Below are positions 25,690 to 34,239 of a stretch of DNA of 53,288 nt, piece after piece (the stretch's first letter is position 1; every line of letters starts with the position of its first letter). The notes under the pieces were generated by a model, which was given only the letters and a program-made list of their open reading frames with translations, did no database searches and had not been told where the DNA came from. The translations under genes were made by a program, and so were the position numbers. Source of the DNA: an uncultured Candidatus Saccharibacteria bacterium (lineage in GTDB: Bacteria > Patescibacteriota > Minisyncoccia > Phycocordibacterales > UBA9973); NCBI GenBank assembly GCA_964474375.1, contig CAYYSG010000003.1:1-53288 (forward strand), in the 5' to 3' direction.

Positions 25690-25743
25690 TCCTTCCGTAT
25701 GGACCGGCCCCGCCTGGGGCCGGTCAACGCACACAATACAGGG
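25690..25743. repeat. Intergenic direct repeat with palindrome, copy 2
   Basis: TCCTTCCGTATG-GACCGGCCCC-GCCT-GGGGCCGGTC-AACGCACACAATACAGGG. Confidence 0.9.
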
Positions 25744-25745
25744 AC

Positions 25746-26021
25746 CTAGCGGTGATACTTTTCCAGGCCGGATGCCTGTCCGTCCGTGACCCGCTGGATG
25801 TAATCTTCAGCGGAAGCAACGGACCGGAAGGTTCTGTTCGCCGCGTTATGGGTTTTAACCCATTCGTCCGTCTGGGCGTCCGTCTGGGCCGCTTCTTTCG
25901 GGTCTGTATCCGGGTTCTCCGCCGCCGACTCGGTCCGTGCGAACGTGACCCGCCCGAAGGCGTACGTCGCCCGACACTGGATGCCCGTTACCGGGTTCTG
26001 GAAGTTCGCATAATAGGACAT
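25746..26021 (-). CDS. Hypothetical protein flanked by direct repeats
   Basis: Start reassigned to 26021 (initiation signature); 91 aa. Confidence 0.7.
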   Translation of the reverse strand: MSYYANFQNPVTGIQCRATYAFGRVTFARTESAAENPDTDPKEAAQTDAQTDEWVKTHNAANRTFRSVASAEDYIQRVTDGQASGLEKYHR

Positions 26022-26028
26022 GGGTTCA

Positions 26029-26082
26029 TCCTTCCGTATGGACCGGCCCCAGGCGGGGCCGGTCAACGCACACAATACAGGG
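26029..26082. repeat. Intergenic direct repeat with palindrome, copy 3 (loop inverted)
   Basis: Identical to copy 2 except that the loop is AGGC instead of GCCT. Confidence 0.9.
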
Positions 26083-26083
26083 G

Positions 26084-26641
26084 CTAGACGGCAGCCGGGA
26101 CGGTCCGGGTCTTCCGGGCCCGTCGTTCGACCAGGTCCCGAAGGGTCAAGGGGCCCTGAAGACGGGGGCCGGGGTCGACGATCCATCCGTGACCGTCCCG
26201 GCTGGACACGGCAATGGGAAGCGGGTCGACGCCCCAGCGCTTCGCTTCGCGGTCCATCATGCGGCCCAGGAATTCCGGGGAATAGGCCCGCTGGGGGAAG
26301 ACGAAATTGGAACCGAACTTCGTCGGGCGGCCCTGGAACATGCATGACGTATACGACCGCATGTCGTTCGACAGTTCGACCGACGCCCCGTCGAAGCAGC
26401 GACAGACGGCGGACACTTCCAGTTCGGTCGGGCCGTCAATCCAGGATACACGAAGGGATGTCCCCCGCGTCGTCTGGACGCGGAAGGTCGTTCCGGGGAA
26501 GCGTTCCTTCAGGGCCGTCCGAACGAACCGGGCGACTTCAGCGGCGCTATAGCGCTGGAAGTCCTGGGCCGGGGTCGAAAAAATGTCCAGGGGCGTCATG
26601 GGGGTCGGAAGTTCGAAGCTGAACTGGGTCTGGGAAGTCAT
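26084..26641 (-). CDS. LPD29-like (large polyvalent protein-associated domain) protein
   Basis: ARFVRTALKERFPGTTFRV...LRVSWIDGPT...V...FDG motif. Confidence 0.7.
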   Translation of the reverse strand: MTSQTQFSFELPTPMTPLDIFSTPAQDFQRYSAAEVARFVRTALKERFPGTTFRVQTTRGTSLRVSWIDGPTELEVSAVCRCFDGASVELSNDMRSYTSCMFQGRPTKFGSNFVFPQRAYSPEFLGRMMDREAKRWGVDPLPIAVSSRDGHGWIVDPGPRLQGPLTLRDLVERRARKTRTVPAAV

Positions 26642-26686
26642 GGGTCCTGTCCTTCCTGATGGATGTCAATCCGCTTGTCAGGACCC

Positions 26687-26715
26687 AGTATATAGGGATA
26701 TGCGGGCATTGTCAA
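26687..26715 (-). promoter_or_regulatory. Sigma70-type early promoter with operator
   Basis: TTGACA-17-TATACT; ATATAGGGATAT at 26690-26701 overlaps the -10 box. Confidence 0.8.
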
Positions 26716-26829
26716 GGGGGGGCGGGAGCAGGGGACCAGGGCCCGCCAGGGTCCCCGCCCCCTTCCTCACGAACGGCGACATGGAACCCATGCAAGGGAA
26801 GGCATGTCGGAACCCCGTTCGGTCTTGGT

Positions 26830-27147
26830 TCACTCCCGGCGCGATTGTACCATGACGCGGGCGCGGCGCATGCGGTCCATCACGTCCAGCGGGTCCTGTC
26901 GGACCTGGGCGGCGCTGAAGACCAGCACGGTCCATCCGTTCAGGACCAGGTCCTGAACCTTCTGATGGTCGCGGACCGTGCCATGCTTTCCGCCGCCCTT
27001 CGCGTGGTATCCGCCGTTGACTTCGAACCCCAGGCGAAGGTCCGGCCATGCCAGGTCGACCCGGAACGTCTGGAAGGGATGGTCCCGGACCAGGCCGTCC
27101 AGGTCGGGGGCATGAACGCGGACCAGGTCCAGAAGCACGTCCGCCAT
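26830..27147 (-). CDS. DUF559/Vsr-like PD-(D/E)XK endonuclease (start uncertain)
   Basis: FRVDLAWPDLRLGFEVNGGYH...RDHQKVQDLVLNGWTVLVF. Confidence 0.8.
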   Translation of the reverse strand: MADVLLDLVRVHAPDLDGLVRDHPFQTFRVDLAWPDLRLGFEVNGGYHAKGGGKHGTVRDHQKVQDLVLNGWTVLVFSAAQVRQDPLDVMDRMRRARVMVQSRRE

Positions 27148-27217
27148 GTCGACCTGGGCGCGGGTCCGCCGCTGGACCTGGGGGTCGTCAAGGACCGGGT
27201 TCAGGGCGCGGACGTCT

Positions 27218-27376
27218 TTAGAATAGCGTGAACGTGACAAGTCCGCCCCCGTAGTGACAGGCGGCCCAGGCAACGACGCCCAGGAACGCAAGGGATAAAA
27301 GCTGTCCCAGAAGCGTCATGCGCTTCCAGGCGGAGCCCATCGCCATGCCCCATAAGAACAGGAACGCCCAGATCAT
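27218..27376 (-). CDS. 52-aa membrane protein, missing from the ORF track
   Basis: MIWAFLFLWGMAMGSAWKRMTLLGQLLSLAFLGVVAWAACHYGGGLVTFTLF*; ATGA overlap with the MTase stop. Confidence 0.6.
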   Translation of the reverse strand: MIWAFLFLWGMAMGSAWKRMTLLGQLLSLAFLGVVAWAACHYGGGLVTFTLF

Positions 27377-28359
27377 GCGGCATCTCCCAGGTCCAGCGGG
27401 ACCGACTGAAACGGGTCGACCGGCGCGAACGGGATCGGGACAGTCTGGGCGCGAAGGCGTTCGCGGCCCCGCTCCGCGACGTCCGGAAGCAGTTCGGATG
27501 CGTACCAGGGGCGACGAAGGGCCTGGGCGACGATCGGGATACTCGCTTCGCCCGTGAACGGGTCCCAGACCGTTCCCCCGATCGGACTGAACACGTCCAT
27601 CCAGTTCGTCAGAACCCCGACGTTCTTATTCCAGGCGTACGTCCCGGACGGGCCCGCCGTGCTGATGAACGTGTCCGAACAGACCGCCCGGACGTCGACC
27701 TGTTCGGCCTGGTCCGGGGACAGTTCGACGGTCGTCTGATACGTGTCCGGAACCCAGCGGCGCGGCCTGGTCGCCCGCCCCTTCCGCTGGAACCACAGAC
27801 ACGGGGTCGACCAGCAAAACAGGTTATACCAGCGCATCCGGAACGTCTTTGCGACGACCGTATACGTGAGCGTATACACGTATTCCAGGCCCGCGTCTTC
27901 CATTGCACACTGGATGCGGCCTAACTTCGGGAACCCGGACCAGACCAGGACGACCCCGCGTTCGGTCAGGACCCGCTGGGCGACCTGGGCCAGCCATGCA
28001 TAGTCGTCGACGTTCTGGTACACGGGGTCCGCGAAGACCAGGTCGACCGACTGGTCCGGAAGACTGGGTTCCAGCGTCCGGGCGTCCCCCGTGACCAGGT
28101 CGTTCAGGACGTAGCCTGGGGCCGGGGGCGGGGTCTTCCTGGGCCGTCCCCGCTTGCGCTTCTGTTCGGTCTGTTCCATCTGATTAGCCCATCCTTCTAT
28201 CGCGTTCAACGTCTTGAACCATGCGTCCTGGTCCCCGGCCTTCCGAAGGACCCAGTTCGCCCGGTATCCGTTCGTGACCAGGGTCCCCGGTTCGATCGTG
28301 TATCCCAGCGGGCCCAGGCGGGCCCGTAGCGTGTTCAATTGTTCGATCTGGTCTGTCAT
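27373..28359 (-). CDS. Beta-class N6A/N4C DNA methyltransferase with an N-terminal AT-hook-containing extension
   Basis: VTGDA...SVDLVFADPVY (motif IV variant), GTVWDPFTGEAS (motif I variant) and KRKRGRPRK. Confidence 0.8.
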   Translation of the reverse strand: MTDQIEQLNTLRARLGPLGYTIEPGTLVTNGYRANWVLRKAGDQDAWFKTLNAIEGWANQMEQTEQKRKRGRPRKTPPPAPGYVLNDLVTGDARTLEPSLPDQSVDLVFADPVYQNVDDYAWLAQVAQRVLTERGVVLVWSGFPKLGRIQCAMEDAGLEYVYTLTYTVVAKTFRMRWYNLFCWSTPCLWFQRKGRATRPRRWVPDTYQTTVELSPDQAEQVDVRAVCSDTFISTAGPSGTYAWNKNVGVLTNWMDVFSPIGGTVWDPFTGEASIPIVAQALRRPWYASELLPDVAERGRERLRAQTVPIPFAPVDPFQSVPLDLGDAA

Positions 28360-28408
28360 GGGGGGATACTCCGCCTGGGCCCGCTGGGGCCGTCCCATAG
28401 GGACACTG

Positions 28409-28753
28409 TCATAAGTCCAGTTCGATCTGTCCCGCGTCGATCTGTTTCTGTCGTCGGGTCTTCGCCCGGTTCAGGACGTGTTCGTTCATGTCGTATAGCA
28501 GATGACACCGTTGACACATGGCCTTCAGGTTCTGGGGGCGAACATCCAGCTTGTCATGGGGGTCCCCAGGGGACCCGTCGTCCTTCGGGGCCCCCAGGTG
28601 AGCGGTCGTCAAAATAACGATCGACCCCGTGATGGGATGGGGCTGTTTGTGAACAGCCCCGCAAACTTCACACTTCCCCCCGGCCCGGACGAACCGGATG
28701 TCATGACTGATCTGTTTCCAGTCCGGGGGATACCGTCGCCGGTCGAATGGCAT
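28409..28753 (-). CDS. HNH-like endonuclease
   Basis: CEVCG...LTTAHL...NLKAMCQRCHLLYD. Confidence 0.8.
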   Translation of the reverse strand: MPFDRRRYPPDWKQISHDIRFVRAGGKCEVCGAVHKQPHPITGSIVILTTAHLGAPKDDGSPGDPHDKLDVRPQNLKAMCQRCHLLYDMNEHVLNRAKTRRQKQIDAGQIELDL

Positions 28754-28771
28754 GGGTTCGTCCTTCCGCGT

Positions 28772-29938
28772 TCAATTCCGGGTCGTCATGGGCTGGACCA
28801 TATGCAGATAGGTTCCATCGTGCCCGACCGGGCGGAAGATTGCGCCATGTACGGGCGACTTGACCGCGATATGAACCATTGGCATGGGAAGACAGGTCAA
28901 ACAGTCCCGGAAGTATTTCCCGTTGACCGCTATCCGCATGGGGGTTCCGTCCAGGCCGGATACGTCCGCCGTCGCCGTCGCCATACTGACGCCGCGCCCC
29001 TGGGTCGACGCTTCGACCGTGACCTTCCCCGGTTCGTCGTCGTTCGACCGGGCGATCGTCAGATGGGTTATGTTGTTTGTGGACATGACCAGCGCCTGGT
29101 CCAGCGCCTTCAGCAGGTCCGCGACCGCGACCCGAACATGGACCGGGTCGTCGTCCTGGTTCCGAAGGACCGGGTCGACGTTCGGGAAGTCCCCATCCAG
29201 GATGCGGGTCCAGACCTGGGCGAACCCCGCGTCCAGGACGAACAGACCGGCCTTCCCCATCAGGCCCCCTTCAGACGCGGCTAGGCCCAGGAAGACGTCG
29301 TCGTCGCCCGATAGCCCCAGCGCCTGGAAGGATTTAACCGCGTCGACGAAGCCCTTCGCCGGGACCAGGACGTCCAGCGGAGCGACCGATCCCGGAAGGT
29401 CCTGTTCCAGGCGGGCGCAGCGGAACCCGTCCGCCGCTTCCGCCCGGACGATCGTGTCCAGTGTCAGATGGATGCCGGACAAGACCGGGCGGGCGAAGTC
29501 GGTCGCGGCGGCGGGGGCGACCTGGGACACGATCGCGTCCAGGCATCCCAGCGGAACGGCCCGGTCGCCCGTCAGGGACGGAATAGCGGGGAAGTCGTCC
29601 GGGTCCATCACGTTAATGATCGTCGACGTCGACGGGGCCGTCAGGGATACCTGGGGGCCGTTCAGTTCCAGGTCGACGGCATCCTTCGGGAGCTTCGACA
29701 CGATCTGGGACAGCGGGTCGAACGGGATACAGGTTCGACCCGCGTCCCATATCTTCGCCGCGACCTTGACCCGGATGGTCAAATGGTCGTTTGACGCGCT
29801 GAACACGACATGTCCGTCGTCGACCGTGACCAGGACCGACGTTCGGATGGGATGGGCGGCCTTCGTGTCCGCCTGGACGGCGGGCTTGACGACGGACAGG
29901 GCCTGCTTCAGGACATCCTGAAGGATCGTAATGTGCAT
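28772..29938 (-). CDS. dnaN: DNA polymerase III beta sliding clamp
   Basis: AATDFARPVLSGI, ADGFRCA, TRILDGDFPN, VNGKYFRD and VQPM C-terminus. Confidence 0.93.
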   Translation of the reverse strand: MHITILQDVLKQALSVVKPAVQADTKAAHPIRTSVLVTVDDGHVVFSASNDHLTIRVKVAAKIWDAGRTCIPFDPLSQIVSKLPKDAVDLELNGPQVSLTAPSTSTIINVMDPDDFPAIPSLTGDRAVPLGCLDAIVSQVAPAAATDFARPVLSGIHLTLDTIVRAEAADGFRCARLEQDLPGSVAPLDVLVPAKGFVDAVKSFQALGLSGDDDVFLGLAASEGGLMGKAGLFVLDAGFAQVWTRILDGDFPNVDPVLRNQDDDPVHVRVAVADLLKALDQALVMSTNNITHLTIARSNDDEPGKVTVEASTQGRGVSMATATADVSGLDGTPMRIAVNGKYFRDCLTCLPMPMVHIAVKSPVHGAIFRPVGHDGTYLHMVQPMTTRN

Positions 29939-29939
29939 G

Positions 29940-30344
29940 CTAGTTTCCTTCTGTACTCAACACGTCCGACAATGCGTCCAGTTCCAGTTCGGCGTACATG
30001 GCCCAGGTCTTCGCCCGGAACAGGGCGTCTTCGACCGACAGAAGCTGGGACAGTTCGTCCTTCTGGTCGATCGTCCGCTTGCGACGGCGAAGATACCCGA
30101 CCATTTGTTCCGGATGGTCCAGGGCCTGGAAATACGCCTTCAGCATGACGCCCCAGCGGCGGAGCGTGTCGATCGAACAGCGACACATGGTCGCTTCGAA
30201 GCGATCGTCCGCCCGCTTCAGGGCGTCGTCGACCAGCGTCCGCGTTTCGGACGGGTCGTTCCGACAGGTCGGGCACAACAGGATGCCGTCATCCTGGGGG
30301 GCGGTCTTCGTCGAACAGACCCGGCATGTAATCTGTCCATCCAT
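29940..30344 (-). CDS. Zinc-finger hypothetical protein
   Basis: CRVC...CPTC; tightly packed between dnaB and dnaN. Confidence 0.7.
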   Translation of the reverse strand: MDGQITCRVCSTKTAPQDDGILLCPTCRNDPSETRTLVDDALKRADDRFEATMCRCSIDTLRRWGVMLKAYFQALDHPEQMVGYLRRRKRTIDQKDELSQLLSVEDALFRAKTWAMYAELELDALSDVLSTEGN

Positions 30345-30346
30345 CT

Positions 30347-31675
30347 CTAGTATCCTTCCGGGCTCCGATAGGTCAGGTCGTCGAAGCTGGTCGTCCGGGC
30401 ATCGAAGCGGACCGGGATGACGCCCAGCGGACCATTGCGATGCTTTGAGATATGAAGCTCCGCGATCCCCTTCTTATCCGTGTTCTGGTCGTACAGTTCT
30501 TCCCGATAGATGAACATGACCAGGTCCGCGTCCTGTTCCAGGTCGCCGCTTTCCCGAAGGTCACTTAGCTGGGGGACGTGGTTCTGTCGCCCTTCGACCG
30601 CCCGGTTCAACTGGGACAGCGCGATCGCCTGGACGTCGAATTCACGGGCGATCGCCTTCGTCATGCGGCTGACCCGTCCGACTTCCTGGACCCGGCCTTC
30701 GGTCCGCTTCTGGGATGACAACAGGCCGATATAGTCCAGGATGACCAGGGCCGGTCCGGAATGCCGTTGACGCCATGCCCGGACCCGGTTCCAGGTCTGT
30801 TCGATCGTGACCCCGGCCCGGTCCCAGATCGTCAGGTTCATGTCCTGGAACTGGTCCAGGCGGGACAGAAGGACGTCCTGGTCGTCGTCCCCCAGGGTAT
30901 GCATGCGGATGCGGTTACTGTCGATCCCGGTCACGGTCGACAGAAGGCGGGTCGTCAAGCTCTGATGGCTCATTTCGAACGACCCGACGAAGACCGGGAT
31001 ACGCGGGGCGGCCCGAAGTGCAAGTGACATGGCTAGCGACGACTTCCCGTTCCCCGGACGGGCGGCGACGATCCAGTAATCCCCCATGTGGTATCCGCCC
31101 GTGATATGGTCCAGGTCGCGGAACCCCGTCATGGTTCCGGGGACCGCTCCGCTGGTCAGGGACTGAAGGACCTGGTCCAGACTGTCCTGGACCGTAATCA
31201 GTTCGGAACGGGCGATCGACATGCCGTCCGATAGGGCGGCGGCGGCTTCGTTCAGTTCGGCCAGGACTTCGTCCGCCGTAATGCCGGGGGTCCGGACCCG
31301 GACGATCGTCCGTTTCGCCAGGTCGTCAATGCGGCGAAGGAAGAACGCGGACTGGACCGCCTGGGCGTACACGTATCCCAGGGCCGGACCCCGATCGTCC
31401 GCCGCCAGCGCCTGGAACCAGTTCAGGTCCGGTTCCGCCATGCCCATGCGGCGGACTTCGCGCCATATCAGAAGCGGGTCCAGCAAGTCGCCCCGCTCCC
31501 GCAAGTTCATGATCGCCGTGTACGCCGTGCGATGGTCCGGCCACAGAAACGCATCCAGGGGAAGGTCCCCCAGAAGTTCATCGGTCAGGGCGGCGTTCGT
31601 CGTGCAACAGGCTAACAGGGCCCGTTCGTTCGCCCGGTCTTCGGTCGGGTCCATCCCGCTGATCTGGTTCGGCAT
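30347..31675 (-). CDS. dnaB: Replicative DNA helicase
   Basis: AARPGNGKSS Walker A, VILDYIGL, ALSQLNRAVEGRQ, LSDLRESGDLEQDAD and KHRNGPLG. Confidence 0.97.
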   Translation of the reverse strand: MPNQISGMDPTEDRANERALLACCTTNAALTDELLGDLPLDAFLWPDHRTAYTAIMNLRERGDLLDPLLIWREVRRMGMAEPDLNWFQALAADDRGPALGYVYAQAVQSAFFLRRIDDLAKRTIVRVRTPGITADEVLAELNEAAAALSDGMSIARSELITVQDSLDQVLQSLTSGAVPGTMTGFRDLDHITGGYHMGDYWIVAARPGNGKSSLAMSLALRAAPRIPVFVGSFEMSHQSLTTRLLSTVTGIDSNRIRMHTLGDDDQDVLLSRLDQFQDMNLTIWDRAGVTIEQTWNRVRAWRQRHSGPALVILDYIGLLSSQKRTEGRVQEVGRVSRMTKAIAREFDVQAIALSQLNRAVEGRQNHVPQLSDLRESGDLEQDADLVMFIYREELYDQNTDKKGIAELHISKHRNGPLGVIPVRFDARTTSFDDLTYRSPEGY

Positions 31676-32663
31676 GGGTCTGTTCCTTCCTGTTTGCTAG
31701 GCGGGCCTTCAGGCCCTGGGCGGTCTTCTGGGGCGTCGTCACTGGTTCATCCGGGGTTCGGACCAGGGTCGCCCCGTTCCGGGCGTCCTGGGCCTTCAGG
31801 GCCTTCTGGGCGGCCTTCCAGAAGTCCAGGATGGCGGACGGCGGAATACGCTGGTCCGGGTTCGTCGCATAGGGATGCTGGGTCGCCCGGACCCATTTCC
31901 CGACCCGCCTAACTTCCAGGACCATGCGGTCGACGTCCCATCCGGGCTCCCGCATGTTCTCCCAGAGCTTCAGAGCGTTGACGTTGACCTGGGCTATTGA
32001 CTTCCCGGTCCCGTATTCCAGGTCTATCCCGGACCCCTGGGCGAGTGCCACGCGGAGCGGTTCCGGGGACCCCCGCTTCGGGGGACGGCTGTCCCCCTGG
32101 TCGGATGGGTCTTCAGACGGAGCGGGCGGACCGGGTTCGCAAGAACCCGCGTCAACATGTAGATCATGTAAGTCATGAGTACCTATATAAGGGGCGTTCA
32201 AATCTGATACGATTTTTGTTCGATTTTTGTTCGATTTCGACGAATTCTGGTCCGTTTCGTCTGGAATTCGTATCAACTCTGATACTATTTCTGTTCGATT
32301 TCCTTCAGGGTCTTCTGGAATTCGTATCACTTCTGATACTATTTCTGTATTCTTTTCACGGGCCGATAGGACGCGCCAGTCGACCCAGTCCTGGGCGAAG
32401 CGGGCGCGGACCCCGCCCCGACCGGCGCTGACGACCATGTCGAAGAAGGGCCCGTCGACCAGGGCCCGCCACCAGCGCTTAATTGTCGGATACGGGACGC
32501 CCATGTCCGCCGCGACAGACGGAAGGTTCATGAGAACCCATCCGTCTGTCTGGACCATGTCCCAGCAATACCCCAGAAGCGGGGCCCCCGGCCCCAGGCT
32601 GATTACTTCCGGGGACCAGGACGCCCCAGGCGGGACCGGGGGAACCCAGCGCGATCGACCCAT
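31578..32663 (-). CDS. Replication initiator (lambda O-like architecture)
   Basis: N-terminal HTH (LPSVAADMGVPYPTIKRWWRAL), internal AT-rich iteron region, directly upstream of dnaB. Confidence 0.7.
   Translation of the reverse strand: MGRSRWVPPVPPGASWSPEVISLGPGAPLLGYCWDMVQTDGWVLMNLPSVAADMGVPYPTIKRWWRALVDGPFFDMVVSAGRGGVRARFAQDWVDWRVLSAREKNTEIVSEVIRIPEDPEGNRTEIVSELIRIPDETDQNSSKSNKNRTKIVSDLNAPYIGTHDLHDLHVDAGSCEPGPPAPSEDPSDQGDSRPPKRGSPEPLRVALAQGSGIDLEYGTGKSIAQVNVNALKLWENMREPGWDVDRMVLEVRRVGKWVRATQHPYATNPDQRIPPSAILDFWKAAQKALKAQDARNGATLVRTPDEPVTTPQKTAQGLKARLANRKEQTHAEPDQRDGPDRRPGERTGPVSLLHDERRPDR
32200..32350. other. Putative replication origin (iterons in the initiator gene)
   Basis: 35-nt direct repeats at 32260-32294 and 32314-32348 (33/35 identical), each with GTATCA-N4-TGATAC; adjacent AT-rich CGATTTTTGTT repeats. 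Confidence 0.75.
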
Positions 32664-32676
32664 GACGAACCCCGTT

Positions 32677-32991
32677 CTATAGCTTCCCCAGGTCCCGAAG
32701 ATACCGTTCGTACGCCGCCGCCGCTTCCTGGACCCCTACGGTCCGGACGAAGGCCGCCGCCGCGTCCCGTGCTGACCCGAAGGTCTGGTCCTGGGGGCCT
32801 GGAACCCGTCCCAGAAGCCCCCAGGCGTACACGTTCGGGGCGACCTTGACCATGCCGACCGACCAGTCGGGGGCCATGACGACGGCCCCCGTCCCGGCCT
32901 GGATGGCGTTCTGGACCCAGGTCACGATCCCCCAGAATTCCAGGTACGCGGTCCGGGCCGCCAGTTCTGATACCACGATGGGATGGGTCAT
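32677..32991 (-). CDS. Hypothetical protein
   Basis: Initiation signature present; 104 aa. Confidence 0.7.
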   Translation of the reverse strand: MTHPIVVSELAARTAYLEFWGIVTWVQNAIQAGTGAVVMAPDWSVGMVKVAPNVYAWGLLGRVPGPQDQTFGSARDAAAAFVRTVGVQEAAAAYERYLRDLGKL

Positions 32992-33004
32992 GGGTTCGTC
33001 CTTC

Positions 33005-33358
33005 CTATGCTGTCAACTTGATTGTGCGAACGTCGACGGCCTGGACGTCCAGGCCGTGTTCGACCAGGCATGCCTGGTATCCGTCCTGGAACCCCTGGTC
33101 GTATGCCGCGTCCGCCCGTCGTCCGGCCTGGATGCCCAGGTCATGTTCGGCCTGTCGTCGCCCGTTCTCCGTCCCGTCCTGGTATCCCTGGGCGTAACCC
33201 CCGGCATGTTCCTTCAGTCGAACCTGGGCGTCATGGGCGTCCAGTTCGGCCCGGTCGACGGCCCGTTCCAGGCGGCGGGTCTTCCAGACGTGGAAGACCC
33301 CCAGCGCAATCACGGCGGTCAAGGCGAAGGCGATCGGGTCAAATGTAGGCATGGTCAT
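33005..33358 (-). CDS. Membrane-anchored protein with GYxxG helical repeats
   Basis: N-terminal TM segment, GYAQGYQDG and YDQGFQDGY. Confidence 0.65.
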   Translation of the reverse strand: MTMPTFDPIAFALTAVIALGVFHVWKTRRLERAVDRAELDAHDAQVRLKEHAGGYAQGYQDGTENGRRQAEHDLGIQAGRRADAAYDQGFQDGYQACLVEHGLDVQAVDVRTIKLTA

Positions 33359-33875
33359 GCTCCGTGCATTCTGGGGCCGCTGGGGCCGTTTCAGGGCCTG
33401 TATAGCGGTGATGGCGGGTCCGGAAGCGGGCTTCGTACCAGTCCATGCGGAGAAGATGGGGGGCCGGGACCATTCCGAAGTCCCAGTCGGGGTCCAGTTC
33501 GGCCTGGTATTGACGGACGATCGGCGGGGCCCAGACCTTCCGTCCGGCCTGGGCGCAACAAACGGGACAGAGTAACGGGGCATTGTGCAGGTTCTTCAGC
33601 GCCCGTTCCAGGGCCCGGTCGCCCTTCCAGGTCGCCGCAACCTGGAAGACGATCCCGCGTTCGCGGGCGACCTGGGTCAACCGGGCCCCGCGTCCGCGTT
33701 CGTGTTCGTCCAGGCGGGCTTCCAGGTCCAGGGCGAACCCGATGTAATGCTGGGTCGTATGCTGGTCGGAAATGGGGGCCGCAAAATGCAACAGGTACAC
33801 GTCGCCCCAGACCAGGGGCGACGACGTTCGGGGCGTTTCCATCCAGGCAGGAAGGGTTCCGGACGTGTACGTCAT
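33339..33875 (-). CDS. GIY-YIG nuclease
   Basis: VYLLHF...HYIGFALDLEARLDEHERGRGARLT; ATGA-coupled start at 33875. Confidence 0.85.
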   Translation of the reverse strand: MTYTSGTLPAWMETPRTSSPLVWGDVYLLHFAAPISDQHTTQHYIGFALDLEARLDEHERGRGARLTQVARERGIVFQVAATWKGDRALERALKNLHNAPLLCPVCCAQAGRKVWAPPIVRQYQAELDPDWDFGMVPAPHLLRMDWYEARFRTRHHRYTGPETAPAAPECTEHDHAYI

Positions 33876-34108
33876 CGTGTCCGCCCTTCCAGTTCGGCCT
33901 GGTCGTACATGATGGCATTGCGGACCGTTCGGGCTTCCTGGGCGCTCCCGAACGAACCGCAATATTCGCCCCCGACCTTCAGGTCGAAGTCCGCCGTTTC
34001 CGGCATGCGCCATATTTCCCAGCCGTCGCCATGTTCGTACACGTACGGAGCCGGAAGACCCTTCCGGGGCTTCTGGACCGTCGATCGGGAACTGTTTACT
34101 GTCTGCAT
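33872..34108 (-). CDS. Hypothetical protein
   Basis: First gene downstream of the 34159-34187 promoter; initiation signature present. Confidence 0.7.
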   Translation of the reverse strand: MQTVNSSRSTVQKPRKGLPAPYVYEHGDGWEIWRMPETADFDLKVGGEYCGSFGSAQEARTVRNAIMYDQAELEGRTR

Positions 34109-34139
34109 GGGTTCGCTGTCCTTCCGTAGTGCTACGTAA

Positions 34140-34199
34140 ATATACGGATATTACGGGAAGTATACACCCGTTGACAGGGAACGTCAAGCCCCGTATACT
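34140..34199. promoter_or_regulatory. Interdigitated divergent sigma70 promoters plus operator
   Basis: + strand: TTGACA(34171)-17-TATACT(34194). - strand: TTGACG(34187)-17-TATACT(34164). ATATACGGATAT at 34140-34151. Confidence 0.8.
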
Positions 34200-34239
34200 A
34201 ACAGGGCCGATATAGAACGGATGTACACGGAGCGAACCC

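Noticed and set aside
21405-26082. Palindromic repeats as a CRISPR array or integron attC sites
   Set aside because: Only three copies with irregular, gene-sized spacing. There is no cas or integron integrase gene and no GTTRRRY/RYYYAAC boxes.
26830-27147. DUF559/Vsr-like nuclease as the cause of the genome-wide motif bias
   Set aside because: No 5mC methyltransferase is encoded. Words that VSP repair of GGWCC or GTCGAC should deplete (GGTTC/GAACC, GTCAAC) remain common.
31578-31675. 98-nt overlap of initiator and dnaB as a frameshift or overprinting signal
   Set aside because: dnaB has a normal initiation signature inside the initiator's low-complexity tail, so ordinary overlap suffices.
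33005-33358. GYxxG repeats as a flagellar FliH homolog
   Set aside because: Short GxxxG helical repeats are widespread in phage proteins, and no other secretion-system genes are present.
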